Shown here piece after piece: positions 44,831 through 58,679 of a DNA stretch of 64,000 bases (its first letter is position 1; each line of letters opens with the position of its first letter). Source of the DNA: Eledone cirrhosa (lineage: Eukaryota); contig OZ024741.1 in the NCBI GenBank assembly GCA_964016885.1, positions 291,090,001 through 291,154,000 of the forward strand. Reading direction: 5' to 3'. The position numbers and the translations under genes were made by a program. The notes beneath the pieces were generated by a model that was not told the origin of the DNA, ran no database searches, and was given only the letters and a program-made list of their open reading frames with translations.

Positions 44831-46108
44831 GTGTGTGTATGTGTATTTGTTAGTGTATAAACGTATGTTTATATGTATGTATATACGTTCATGTGTGTCT
44901 GTCAATAAGTGCTGCTATGATCAAGTGGTTAAGAACTTTACTTTTCCTCAGTGCTTTCAATCTCTCAACATGCAATTTTACGGAATGCTTTTTTTTAACG
45001 AGCACACAGGTAAACCCAAGTGTCTGGAGATTACTTAGTTAGATAGAAACAGTTTAGAATACCTCAGATGGTTTTACCTATAATTCTTAAAGCCAGCTCT
45101 GTGAAACCTTCTGCTACGCCCTCTCTCAATATACTTCAGTAAGTAAACACTTTAGTTGATTGAACCTTGCACACTCATCGTCGAAAACGATGTAGGATCC
45201 TATTATGTTTTTACACACACACACACACACACATACGTACGTGTATAGGTTGTAAAGGGATGCACCCCATTCCTCGCCTCATACTGGAAGTCACATAAGC
45301 TGGAAACATAATGTTACCGTTTATGGATATGGTCTGATTAGCCTCATTTTCATGCGTATCTGTAGGCTGGCGAGGCCTGAACAAGCATCAAGTTGTTCGC
45401 TCCAACATAGCTGTATACATGTATATAAAGTTTGTATATCGAATAATATACGAACATATTGTACATGAGAAGATTCGCAGTGCCCATTACTTCCAACACG
45501 AGAACCCCAACAGAAAACAACAACAGCAACAGCAACACAAATAGCAGTGGGTGTATCTCCATCAAATGCAGCAGAAACAGAATTGACATCAACACCAGCA
45601 ACGCCAACAGCAGCAGCCACATCACCAACAACAGGAAATGCAGCAAAAGCAGAAAAATCGTCAACAAATTCACAAAAGTTTGCTCGTTCATAGAACTCTC
45701 CTATTTCCTCTTCGTCACTCATTCAATCGCCATTTAACGTCTGTCCCAAAACCAGTTGGTTTTGGTCCCCTCTTCAGAGTTGTTATTGCTGTTGCTGTAG
45801 TTCTGTGAATTTTTTTTTTTTTTTTTTTTTTTGCGAACTTTATCTCTTTCATCCACTGGAAGCCGGCTGTTTTGTCATGCGTAAGAAAATTCATTGTGCG
45901 CCATTTTATTTTCAAAATTATTGAGAGGCTTTTTCGGAATACAGGTTTCCCCCCTATGTGCTACAGGTATAGAAAAACTAACCTGCTCTCGAAGATACTG
46001 GTTAGATTAACTATAAAACATAACAAATCTCCAATATCAAGCGTTGTATAACAATTGGAATAACAAAAAACGTATGGGGTGGTTTGTAACACGTGTCGAT
46101 AGACGAGC

Positions 46109-46189
<81 letters not shown>

Positions 46190-47358
46190 AATAATGATAA
46201 TAATAATGTCAATAATAATGATAATAAACATTCTTCAGTTGTAACAATTATTGAAGATAAAAATGATATTTCTTTCATACTACTTTTTTTTTCTCTTCCT
46301 TTGTGCTAGAAAACTTGCCCGGCAAGGTACACTGCTGTTTACATAGACTAGGATAGGTATACCCTCAGTAACAACAACACCAATTAAACAAGGAGGAAAG
46401 TAACATACTTCTGCCTAGCCAGAATTGGGGCGGAGTTTTCTTATGCTCAAACAGAACAGTTAGAACGATATGTCGAACGAAGTCATTTTGATCGAATGGA
46501 GTAAGTTATATGGAAGCGCGTGCCTGGTCATTAACAGCGAGATGAGAAGAGTGGTGGACCTTGTCAGCCTGACACCTGGTGTCGTATTGTGTAGGCTGAT
46601 AAAATACAAGTCATAATGGTGGAGATATTCACGGGCAAGTAGTTAATATGGACGTGACTTGAAATAGCACATGATCGGTTGTGGCTTGCATGGAGATACA
46701 CTTTCTGAACACCAGGAAAGTCTACCGCAATTTTGGAGATGTGGGAGCAGAACCAAAAAGCAATTAGATTTGTGTTGCAATGCAAAATGTCCGCTTGACA
46801 TCCATGGAAGTATATACAAATAGTAGACATTTGAGGGTTTTCTACCAGAAAGTGCCTATCATGAAACCCCTCAGATCCATGCTTACCCAGTCACTAAATT
46901 CAAGAACCTTTATTTAGCTCGAAATGTAATTTTATACTGAGTGAAGGTCCATTCTCACCCACTATCTATAAATTTACTGGATTCCCGTACCTCTATCTCT
47001 ACTTTCATACTCAACTCACAGTGAAACTTGAAAATATCGATGAAGGTTTGATCGAAATCAAAGAGTATTTTCATATTCATGTGTCAGTCATATCTAAACA
47101 CATCACTTCTATTGTAATAGCTACCAAAGGTAAATTACATTGCAAATGTACCTACACCACAGGTCGGAGACTTATCTGACTACCGAGAGTCTCTGCGATG
47201 TCATCCAGCAGCCTACAAGCTCAGGCATATAGGGGATTTAATTACCTGAGCCATTCTCACAACTCTCATTCACCTTCCAGTCACGGCCACCATACAAATT
47301 CTTTCAATATGACCACGAGACAGAGGGAGAAAAAATATGCCGCTTCCGGAAAAAAAAC

Positions 47359-47413
<55 letters not shown>

Positions 47414-47416
<3 letters not shown>

Positions 47417-47718
47417 GGAGGGAGAGAAAATTAACCGATACCATGACTTAAAGTGGGAGTTAAAAAGGATTTGGAACTGCCATGAAATCAAGGTCGCCCC
47501 GATTGTCATAGGCGCACTAGGTACTATCTCAAAGAGTTTCCAAGGATGGTTAAAGAAGGTTAGTCCAGCCCCGCTTTTTGGAACACTTCAAAAGGCATGC
47601 TTGCTGGGAACAGCAATAACCTTCCGATACGTCCTGAATATTTGAGGCTGCAGGTAGCGGCTTGATAGTCATTTCAAAAAACTTTCCAGTTAAATAACAT
47701 CAATGACTGAGACTCAAA

Positions 47719-47720
<2 letters not shown>
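47414..47720 (+). mobile_element. 3' fragment of an R4/Dong-clade LINE inserted in (TAA)n
   Basis: EKINRYHDLKWELKRIW...VAPIVIGALG...LQKACLLGTA..FRYVL*; (TAA)n on both sides. Confidence 0.88.
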
Positions 47721-47783
<63 letters not shown>

Positions 47784-47894
47784 GTTTCTTTATTAGCCAC
47801 AAGGGCTGACATGAAAAAAAACATTACAGACGGCACAGGACGATACAAAGTGGGTTTTGGCCGTGAAAAAAAAATAACAATAACAATAACAATC

Positions 47895-47947
<53 letters not shown>

Positions 47948-48424
47948 TTAATGATAATAATATGAATAGGAACGTCAACATATAATAATACAAAAAAAAT
48001 GGAATGGAGCAGAAGTTAAACAAATATAAACAGTTTTGGAGCCAGGGGAAGAAGAGGAATACGAGAAGCGTAACAGAAAGAGATTTGAATACAAATATTG
48101 TAGTATTGAAAGGAATGAAAAATAATGTGGTGCTTTTTGTTGTCATTGCTGTTGTAGAGGTAAGTAAAGAAAAATAGCAAGAAACAGTGTTTTTTCTCTC
48201 TTTCACAATTGTCAAATCTATACAATTATATTATTCAACCAATTTACTATATGTGGTCTTATTGAATAAATAGTTGGTGTTAAGTGGAGGTGAGCGAATA
48301 AGTGAATGAATGGGGTGATCATAGTGGTAATAGTGATGGCGGTGGTGGGACAAACAAGGGTGACTACTATTCTTAATATACGATTATAAATGTATACAAA
48401 TTACACATACACACACGTTCGTAT

Positions 48425-48456
<32 letters not shown>

Positions 48457-48563
48457 GGGGGGGGGGGGGTCGGTGTGTGTGTATAGGATCTGCGGTGCTG
48501 AAATCGAGGAGACAACTAATCATTGGAGTACTCAATGCAAAGTGAGATGTTGAGTAGTTATAT

Positions 48564-48678
48564 AGATATGTAAAATCCCCACCACAACACCAAGCGGTTT
48601 CGGCTTGTGTGTTCAGCAAGACTTTTCAGCACACAACACGAAACCGTTTGGTACCACGGTCGAGATTTTACATATCTC
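48564..48678. repeat. Small degenerate fold-back with hammerhead-like remnants
   Basis: agatatgtaaaatc...accaagcggtttcg versus cgaaaccgtttggt...gattttacatatct. Confidence 0.5.
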
Positions 48679-48680
48679 CA

Positions 48681-48914
48681 TCTTCTATATATATAAAAGC
48701 GAGGATGTGTGTCGGTGGAAAACTTTGGACAGCTAAGGCTTTTACAATTCCCAACGGAATTTGACCAAACTTTCTGTGCACGTTGTACCTGTCGCTAAGA
48801 TGGTCACATCACAAACATTTTTCAAATCGACCCACGTTGAGCAATATAAAATCGATAGCAAAATTATCTTCTATCTTCTATATATATAAAAATATAAAAG
48901 CGATGATGTGTGTG

Positions 48915-48956
<42 letters not shown>

Positions 48957-48981
48957 CGTGCGTGTGCGTGTGTGTGTGTGT

Positions 48982-49025
<44 letters not shown>

Positions 49026-49284
49026 ACAACTTTGGACAGCAAAGGCTTTTACAATTCCCAACCGAATTAGCAACATTTTTTTTCTGATGTGTCCTGTTCA
49101 GTGTTTTCCTTCATTATCAGCATAGTTTTATGTGTACAAAGATTGCACTAAATATTTGTTTGTATTAATTATTGAAGACTTCTGCTTATTTTGACAGGGG
49201 ACAAATAATTTTCTTTATTTACTTCCTAGCTGTATATTCTTAGCATAATTTCAAATCCCTGGCAACGCCGGGTAAATATGGTAG
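48681..49284 (+). mobile_element. Non-autonomous Helitron-like element with a duplicated 5' end
   Basis: 5' tcttctatatatataaaa at 48681 and 48875; duplicated aactttggacagc.aaggcttttacaattcccaac; 3' hairpin cctggcaacgccggg followed by GTAG (degenerate CTAG). Confidence 0.6.
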
Positions 49285-49317
<33 letters not shown>

Positions 49318-49529
49318 CGCAAATGAGAGCGTATGTCTGTAGATGTGTATGTTTCCCAAAGGCTCCGAAATGGTGCATCCTAGAGAAAAACGGTTTTCAT
49401 TTCGAAATCTGCGTCCTAAGGAGAAGGTTTTAGGATTGTTAGTTATCAAAATATATAATTGTTACGAAATTTAAGTCAACTTCAAGATCGCCGATATTGA
49501 TTATCATTCGAATCCATAATTGTCTGAAT

Positions 49530-49623
<94 letters not shown>

Positions 49624-50032
49624 ATATTTTTAAGGCACTCCCACTCTTTTAATTGATTTTTCTACATACTTCGGTTCTCCTCAGAAGATATGTATATCAT
49701 TAAAAAAAAACACAAAGAAATATATAACCGAGGAGCTTTCATATCCTATTACATTTAGTAGTATCCTGAAATGGACGGACTATTTTTTATGTTTTAGTGT
49801 GAATTTCGGTTGTTGATTTTGATATTAAGATGTGCGCTAAGCACCCGATATATACGATAAATTCATATCCGTATATATAGAGTATAGGGATAACCGAAAC
49901 AGCATAAATATATATATAAATTTACACATTTAGTGCAATGACATGTAAACATGGCAAACATACGGATTCCTTGTGTGTATATATATATTTGCAAAAGGAG
50001 AAAGGTTCTATATAAAACAGAGGTTATAGATA

Positions 50033-50510
50033 AAAAGTAGAATTGGAAAAAGCACAGAGAATATATTAATCTGTCTTCCTTTTTTTCTTTTTTGGTCCGT
50101 CAAAGTGATATTATTGAAAAAAATGAGAGGAACATTTTTTTTTTTAAAGGAGTTTTATAATGTATATAAAATATATAAAATATATCAATGTAATCCATCT
50201 TATTAAATGTTGAATATGACAATTAAAATTTCTTAAGAAAGATGAACAGACTTTCCTCAAAACTTAATTTAAAACTAAAAATGTTTACTTCTTTTTAAAT
50301 TCATTTTAATTGTAATATTCAACATCTGATAAGATGGAATACACCAATACATCGAAACCGGTAAATATTTTATATACATTATAAAACCCCTTTAAAAAAA
50401 AAATTATTCGTCTCATTTTTTCAATAATGTCACTTTGACGGATCAATGAAGAAAAAAAGAAAAACATCATTTAAATATATTTTCAGTGCTTTTTCCAATT
50501 CTAATTTTTC
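50033..50510. mobile_element. Old fold-back element (arms ~50033-50250 / ~50282-50510) with a decayed hammerhead at 50326-50363
   Basis: Arms align with many mismatches; CTGATAA-gatg...catc-GAAA-ccgg-TA. Confidence 0.6.
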
Positions 50511-50825
50511 TCTGTATCTCTCTATATATATGTATATAGGTTTGTGTGTGTGTGTAGGCTTTACTAATGATTTCAACTAAAGGAAGTAGCAGTATGCAGT
50601 AGACATATTTGATAGTGATATATTTGAAATATTTGATAGTGATATGGCTTCTTTTTTTTGTTCCCATGAAAACATATATAGAACGATACATGCAAAGATA
50701 CTACCCTCCTGACTGTCCCCGGTTGACACTAGACTGGCATTTAAGTCTTTACTTTGGGGCCAAGATCTTATATATATCAATGTTTATATATTTTCATACG
50801 TATCCGTATACGTACACACACATAT

Positions 50826-51023
50826 ATAATAAATAAGAGAGACGATTTTATTCGTACACATTCATTTTATGTTCTAGTTCGTTATACGTATTTCGAAGAT
50901 GTAACCGTCTCTCTTATTTATCATACTAAAACTCCGGACGATACCTTACGGAAAAAATCCTAAGGAACACAAATTGTGAGTGCTTCACGTCTTTTTGAGA
51001 AGTCGGCAGATATTCTTCAAAAG

Positions 51024-51030
<7 letters not shown>
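50826..51030. mobile_element. Short fold-back (50826-50844 / 50906-50924) with an ACTCC...GAGTGCT tail
   Basis: ataaataagagagacg / cgtctctcttatttat; motif at 50931 and 50978. Confidence 0.5.
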
Positions 51031-51060
<30 letters not shown>

Positions 51061-51733
51061 TATGTATGTATGTGTGTGTGTGCGCCTGCGTGTGTATGTA
51101 TATATGTTATATGGCTGTCTGTATGTATATATATATGCATGTATGCATGTATTAATGAATGTATGTATGTATGCCTGTATTTATGTTTGAATGTGTGTAT
51201 GTATGTATGTTTGACTGTATGTATGTATGTATGATTGTGCGTGTATATGCATACGCTATGTGCTGAACGGGATATCATATACAAATACATACCTGGCGCA
51301 CACGCATCGTTATGTTATTAATTTCTTATTAAACATATTTCGCCTTTGGTCAGACAAGTATTGAGCGGGTAAGATACTGTAACACGGCGCAGGTAAGACG
51401 AATGATATGAAATAATATAAAAATAACTAGTTTGATTCACGTACCTGAAAAATAAATGAAAGAGAATATGCATAAGATCAACGAAGAAATTACATGGAAA
51501 TTACATATCAAGCATAGGTATTTCAACTTCGAATCGCAATTCTAAACAGTCTTAATTCCCCAAAACAAATCTCTAATCCTTATATGGCTTCGCAAAAATA
51601 CACAGACTCGTATCCAATCCTTACAGGATTACACCAGAACAACAACCACATGCACTCACGCAAACACATGCCCAACTTTATATATCAGATACTGCAATAG
51701 TTTAAGAGTTTAAGGGCCACACATTTTTAAACA

Positions 51734-52055
51734 CAGGGGCGTGCAACAGGTGGCACGCGGGTCACAATCCGACCCGCCAGAACAGACAGAGTGGCCCGCA
51801 ATGACCATTTTTAATTTTTACCTAGTAGGCTTATTTAGAATTTTTTCCTAACCATAATACAATTTTCTGTTAGTTGACCTATACTAAAGGGCTTCACTGA
51901 TAGGGTTATGTGTGTTATAATTTCCCAGTTCAATGTGTGTTATGGAAAGAAGTTGTGGTAAATATTTGGAATAGTGCTTAATAAATATAAATGACCCTAA
52001 TAGTTGTTCCAATGTTCAAAAGTGGCCCGCCAATGGAATATGTTGTACACCAATG
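51734..52055. mobile_element. hAT (Charlie-like) MITE
   Basis: Imperfect TIRs caggggcgtgcaaca / tgttgtacaccaatg, subterminal tggcccgc motifs, candidate 8-bp TSD tttaaaca / ctttaaca. Confidence 0.6.
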
Positions 52056-52391
52056 CTTTAACATAATGCAACCCCCAGCCCCCCAAAAAAAAATGTGAAA
52101 GATCTACATTGGATAGAGTTTGGTGTTTTCAAGAAGCTTTCTAAGTTCACAGATGAACCCACAGTACGCCAAGAGGGGCAAATAAGAGCGTCAGTGTCGA
52201 ATTCCTTAATGCCTCAGTGCCCCGTAAAGGAAGAACGGCTATATAAAATGTATCAACAATGGTGGTACCCCGGCATGGTTTCGGCCCATTTGTTGGAACA
52301 GGTAAAAGATAATATATATGTGTGGGTGGGTGTGTGTGTGTGTACATACAAACACACACAGACGCATATTCACACACACACATACACACAC

Positions 52392-52492
<101 letters not shown>

Positions 52493-54019
52493 CATATATA
52501 TATGTGTGTGTGTGTATGTATGGTATGTGTGTCTATGAGTGTATGTGTGTGCGTATTCACACAAAGACTAGGAAATGTCGTGGGACAAAGTAAACTTCAA
52601 ATATTCAGTTTGCTTAGATTCGTGCGACAATATTACAGGCAGGACTGTCATGAACAAAGGTCGTACCCGCCTCCCAACAGTTAAGGGTGTGACATACAGT
52701 TAGAGTAATAAGAGGACTGTAAACTGTCATCCACAAGAGGAGACAAAAAACAAAACTCAACAACAACAATAACGTTAACTCAGCAACAACCCACCCACAC
52801 AATTTTTTTTTTAGTTCTCATGTCACACGGGGCCAATCCGACAAGTGGCTGAAGATAATAATAGTAGTTGTATGTGTATGGTGTTGGTTTAGGGTGTAGT
52901 GGTGTTGGTAGTGATGTTGGTTTAATCCATTCAACAATTTCCGTATCTAGCAGCATTTCCTTAAGCAGGACAACATAATTTCTCATCACCCTCACCACAA
53001 ATAGCTCTATAAATTCATACAAGTGCACTAACTATTCCCTCACATACTCACATATTTCAGGACAGATTCCCGATCATTGAATAGCAACTGGCTTTCAATT
53101 ATGTCGCTGCTTATTTTTTCTTTTTTTTTTCTGTTACTCTTTTTACCACTAACAGCATTACCACCATCTCATCTTCTACAAATGTTATTTGACCTGACAG
53201 AAATTGTAGCTAGATCCCCTTTGAAACAGATCATCAAGCATCGTCTAACTACATCAGGTAGATTTCCATGAATAGTCATAAAGCTATCTATTGTTTCACT
53301 GCGATATTTGTACAAGTTTCGGTTCAAATCCTTCCTATTCGGTAGAGTTGAACTAAGATTGCAAAGAACCGTAGCAACTACTGCAAGGTATCTCATTTTG
53401 CATCCTCATAATTTCTCCTGATCATAAGAGGTGTCGTTAGAATGTAATAAATGATGCTGTATTCGAGACTGGAACTTTAAATATAATTGGTAGTACTCAT
53501 GGTATTGACTCCATCAGAACAAAGAAATATAAATAGAAAAACTCAGAAGCACAAAATAAACGGCTGAAGCTGATCACTGATTAACAAAACTTTTAGTAAA
53601 ATTATATTTAAACTGTGCGCTACAAAATGTATCTATTTGCATCATGGAATTGCAGAAATATAATTAAATGCTTTAGAAAACCGCTACTAAATCTTGAAAA
53701 TATGTTATTTATTATCTTGTACACAAGTACGATTAATAAAACCAAGTATACATTACTTTGCTATATTCTGTTTTAGATATTTATCTTTAAAACTTGTTAT
53801 TGTTTGTTTTTTAACATTCCATGCGAAATGTAATAGAAATGTTAATTGATTTCCAATGTGTCATGAAATCAACAATATTCCGAAACACTGCTTTAACGCT
53901 ATGTTATTATGAGAAGATAGGGGCGCTAGAGTTGACTGCCCTCCTATAACATATCTTATATGCTTAGATATACATCCCTGTGATGGAACACTCTATGTTA
54001 GTGCCACTTCTAATTATAT

Positions 54020-54205
54020 ATAACTCTCTCTTGTGTTGTTATTTTAATTTTATCCTTTATACTCTTCCCTTCATTCTACACATCTCACACATCTTATACA
54101 CACCACGCATCCCAACGTACACCCACCTACATCTCTCTCTCCACCACCGGACCTTGTTACCCGGAGATTTACCCATTTGCATTGTCGAGGCTTCGAAACG
54201 ACTTA
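54020..54205 (+). repeat. Second copy of the 22579-22750 dispersed repeat
   Basis: catctctct..ccaccaccgga...cccggagattta.ccatttgcattgtcgaggctt..aaacgactt. Confidence 0.75.
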
Positions 54206-54213
54206 AAGATATT

Positions 54214-54270
<57 letters not shown>

Positions 54271-54519
54271 GCGCGTGTGTGTGTCTATATATATATATAT
54301 ATATAGTAATAATAATAAATTTGAAGAGTAAAATCCAAAGAGGCCTCGATAAGGATAAATATATATCAAATATATAAGAACCGTAGAGCAAATATTTATT
54401 AAAATAACAGATTAAAGTTTAAGCAAAGAATCGCTGCATAACGGGATCTTCTGAAACTAAAAAAATCAATCTGTGAACGCAGAAGTAAATATTTCGAAAA
54501 ACGTTGCAACCGAAGGAAG

Positions 54520-54892
54520 ACTTTGGTTCGTGGAAACTTTCCCTGGCAAAGAACGAAAAAAAACGAAAATAATACGTCTTTCCTTTCATCCTTACAGGGT
54601 CGATAAAATAAAGTACCAGTAATACACTGAGAAATTGCTGGCCTTGTGCCAAAAGTAGAAACAGTTATTTGGAGCGGTGAAAACAATTACACGCAAAGAC
54701 AAAACCACGTTTATGGTATTAATGAAGTCGTAGACTAATATTCTATTAGGTGGTTCGTGGATACGTTCTCTGGCAATGAACGGAAAAAACGAAGATAATA
54801 CGTCATTATGTGGAGCGATGAGAAAAATTACATGCAAAGACAAAACCACGTTCATGGTATTACTGAAGTCGTAGACTAAAATTCTATTTAGG
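54520..54892. repeat. ~140-bp tandem repeat interrupted by a SINE fragment (54578-54670)
   Basis: gcaaagacaaaaccacgtt.atggtatta.tgaagtcgtagactaa and ggttcgtgga.ac...tggcaa.gaacg each occur twice. Confidence 0.7.
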
Positions 54893-55661
54893 AAACCAAA
54901 TGATTTTCGGCTTCAGAGTTAAAAATAATGTAAATAAATTACAGAGGTAATTGAAATCAACAAAAATTAAATATATACATGCACGCATCCATATATACGT
55001 ACATACACATGCATACGCGAAACCACCCGCCATGGGTATGCAAATACAAGCACGTACACAAAAACACGTACGCACATACAGAACCCACGCAACTCCTGTA
55101 CCCGCACACATACGAACATATACACCAAATACACATAAAAATATATATAAAAAATATATATATATATGTGTGTGTGCGTGTATACATATAAACGTATATA
55201 AATATACACACATAAAAACGTATATAACGCGCGCACACACATAACTACATGTAAATACACATATGTTCGCTAAAGGTACGTCAATCAAAACACAAAATAC
55301 ACATATACACACACCCTACATACGTGCGAACCCGCATACATACACAGACGCAAAACTCACGTATACACATAACCATAAGCACATGTACCAGTATATATAA
55401 TATAATATATACGCCTATAACATATACAAGCAAATATACGTACGAGAAAGTATACGTACCTTCACAAAACATACAGGTAATATATACTAACCTATACAAA
55501 TAAGTAATGGTATAAACATAACATATACTTAGCTACCACATCAAGACGTAAATTATCCGCGTATAGTTCGTACTATCCGTTAGTATATAATATGGGGCTG
55601 TAATACAGGGAAGTTTTGTGCAATTTATGTTTATAAGCCGCAATTGCCTCAGATTTTTTGT

Positions 55662-57600
55662 TTAAGAATGGTCTTTGGCGTAGAGTATTTCCAGGGCTTC
55701 GGCGGCGCAGAGGTCACATGGTCTTTTATTCCTGTTATACGATCTAGCCTCAGCTAGGAATTCCCAGTGTAACATATATTGAGTGTGGTTGTCATTTAGA
55801 CTCCAGATATAAGCTGAAAGTGACGTCATATTCCTTCTTAATGGGTTAAGAAAAGAATGGGTATGCATGTAAAGACGCTGCTTGAATCTATTGGCGGTTA
55901 ACCCTATGTAGGCCCTACGGGACGTGGGTGTTTCAACATTAGATCTGTAGACAATGTTACTAGAGAGGCATTTCTCTGATAGGGGGCAGTCAACCCGATT
56001 CCGACAATTACAGTTAGTACTAACTACAGGGTGGCACGTATTCCTACGGCTAGGTAATTTAGTTAAATTTGAAGCTGTGATGTTATGTGCAAGGTTAGGA
56101 GTCGTAGAGTAAGACATTTTAATGGTATTTCTATTAACAATTTTACTATATTTTTGTGTTGGGGGGAAATGCTTCATAATAAGGGAGAGAAAGATTTTAG
56201 CTAATGGTGTGGCCACCTCCATAATATATCGTGGGTTATCCCATATAATGCGTCGGGATCTATTTTTCCTAGGTCTATTCTCATATTCTGTATATGCTAG
56301 CTTATCGACAAATCCACTCCACGTATGAGATTCATTGTAATATGCGGAATGGTCGGTGAAAATATGCTCGTTTTTAGATAGACGAGAAAGCCTCAAAGAA
56401 ACGTTTCATACCAGGTTCTTGGTTATGCTGGCAGGATGGTTAGAATGCTTACTTATGTAATTAAGGGTATCATTCGGCTTTCCATACGGGTAGTCCAAGA
56501 CAATCGACAAATTGAGGGTAACATCGAGGTAATTAATGACCGAGAGGTTGGCCTCAACCTGTATGGAGAGATTGAAGCCTTTAAAGAAGGCTGTGAATTC
56601 TTTTCTGAACCTGTCGCAAGCAGGTGGGCCGCACTTTGTCATGGTCAAAAGACCGTCATCACGGTACAAACCACCGCCCACTGGGGAATTCTTCTTTGAT
56701 AGAGAAAAGAAGGAAAAGGCCGCTAAGATCAGTAACCTCCGCAGAATTGCTGGCGACCATACTCACGTCGAATGGGGTACTATTAGATTTGTTTAATCCA
56801 AATAAAGTCGTCGAAATTAATCACCGACTTACGGGCATTCGAAATCCTTAATCACTGTGAGTGTTTTAGCGAAATTGATAGCTCTAAGAAGAAGTGGTAA
56901 ACTGATGGAGGATTAGTAATTATTGATGTCGATTTGGATAAAATGGCAATGTTCCTTGTTGCATATGCCGTTGAACCAATCAACCACCGCGAAAGAATTG
57001 TTCCACAGTGCAAGAGGGGCCAAACTTCTAATTTCAGGTATAATTCCATCTAAAATCCTTTTACTAAGTCTACCTAAGTCGGACTTCGTAGGGTTAATGT
57101 TCGTGAAATTAGATTTGTGATCCTTCAGGGTAAAGTGGGGCGAAATAGGGTTCAGCAGTTCAGTCCGGTCCAGGATGTTGAGATCAGATGTGATTTAAAA
57201 CCTAGCATCGTTGATGTCATTAGTTTTACGGTAATCCTTAGTTACAGCATTATGTAGCAGTTGATGGTAAGTACTGCGCTACACTTGATATACATTGCTA
57301 GTTTTGTCGGAGTGGACGTGCGCGGCATTAGAATCCTTAATAGAACGGATTCTATTCTTCAGGTCCTGCTGGAAGGAATTGTTCCTATTCCGAAATGTGA
57401 TTTTCCGTATGAGTTTTAAGACAATATTTTCGAAGGGTAGCAATGCTGGGTTACTCGGAGTGTTATTGTAGGTTTTAAACCCAAATTTATCCTGTTTGTT
57501 GTCCGCTTTTCCTTGATTATCGAAATAAAAGGCACGCCAACGCAATGAACGCGTCTGTTTTCTGTATCAAGAGTTTTAGGGATGTTTTCCTGTTTGGTAC
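55662..57600 (-). mobile_element. Decayed near-full-length PLE (Naiad-like): N-terminal region, RT and C-terminal GIY-YIG
   Basis: RWRAFYF, SDKTSNVY, FIQIDINNY, FDVSM..SAEV.DL.GLFLL, GLYRDDGL, NYLDVTLNL, SNHP, CNCRNRVDCPL...NIVY...YIGLT...FKQR, CDLC..E; several stops and frameshifts. Clade label is from recalled motifs. Confidence 0.85.
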
Positions 57601-57697
57601 GGGTATGTTCTTTGTAGAAATATTCAGATGTTGTTTCTGCATGATGAATATGAGTCAATAGAGTGCTCAACGAGGGAGCCAATTTTGAAGAATTATT

Positions 57698-57935
57698 AGA
57701 TAAAATATATCCAGTCTTTCTTCACCTTAGTCAGTAGAAATCAATTAGATAAATAATCATTTACACGGATCTATAAGTGTAAAATGTAACTTTGAAGAAA
57801 TAATAGACAAATGATACAGACTATCTTCCGCGTGGAACAGTCAGATAACATTTATCCAGTCTTTCCTCTTAGTCCGTAGAAATTAATTAGACAAATAATC
57901 AATTAAACGGAGCTAGGTCTAAAATATAAGTTAGA
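57698..57935. repeat. ~145-bp-period tandem duplication upstream of the Naiad-like ORF
   Basis: agataa.at.tatccagtctttc...ttagtc.gtagaaat.aattaga.aaataatca occurs twice. Confidence 0.65.
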
Positions 57936-58679
57936 AGAAAGAATGCATATAAACTTTACCAAAATTCCTCTAGTCCCGACTATCGATAGTTTCGCTCGAA
58001 CTTTGTGGATATGTCCGATCCTGGTATTATCCATTAGGCTTAGAACTTATCAAGAGACCCCCTCGGGTTTGGACTAACATTTCATCAGTGATCGCCGCCA
58101 GAAATGAATTCAAAAATGGCTAAGAATCATCACGTGGCTAGTGGTCACGGTATTAGGTTGTGAATGGTGGCCAGGTGGCAGGTAGGCTGGCTGCTAGAAA
58201 GAGCAGCCAGATACCGCCTAAAGTTTTACTCTTGATATTTAAGCATGAGCGTCAAGGACATGGTTTTTAGTCCTTCTAGGGCCTTGCCTATGACCAGTAA
58301 TACCATGCATCACAAATGATGTCACATATCAAACAATGCCTGTGCTTGAAGCTTTTTTATGTGACGAAAGGCTTTGTACGAGGCCAATCCCGCTCTCTGA
58401 ACATAGAATGCATTTACCTAAAAAGACAAACGAAGTCGCAGGTCTTATATCAGAATGATCTGCTCCTAGGGAGATGTATTAATGAAGACAAGGAATATCT
58501 TGCTCCATAAAAAAAGAAAAAAAATATATTATAGAATGGCCGTTGACTCTGCTGAGTTCCTCCATCCCGCAGGGTGTCCAAATTCACCCTCCTCACCAAG
58601 CAAGCTTGGTGAGGTTGCCAGCTTAGTCGGCGAGAACACGACTATGGACAGGTTATACTGGGTTACATGGTACCAGTAG

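Noticed and set aside
45321-45737. Overlapping ORFs of 92-133 aa
   Set aside because: Derived from decayed (CAA/CAG) low-complexity sequence; no domain or splice evidence.
49660-49690. Minus-strand CTGAGGA-gaacc-GAAG-tatg-TA
   Set aside because: GAAG core and weak stems I and II; could arise by chance.
53060-53420. Possible host exon or P-element/THAP9-like transposase remnant on the minus strand
   Set aside because: Only a vague CxxC...GNL pattern across frameshifts; insufficient without a homology search.
58528-58679. Possible HDV-like ribozyme or RTE 5' leader
   Set aside because: Hairpins are present but I could not build the nested double pseudoknot; origin left unassigned.
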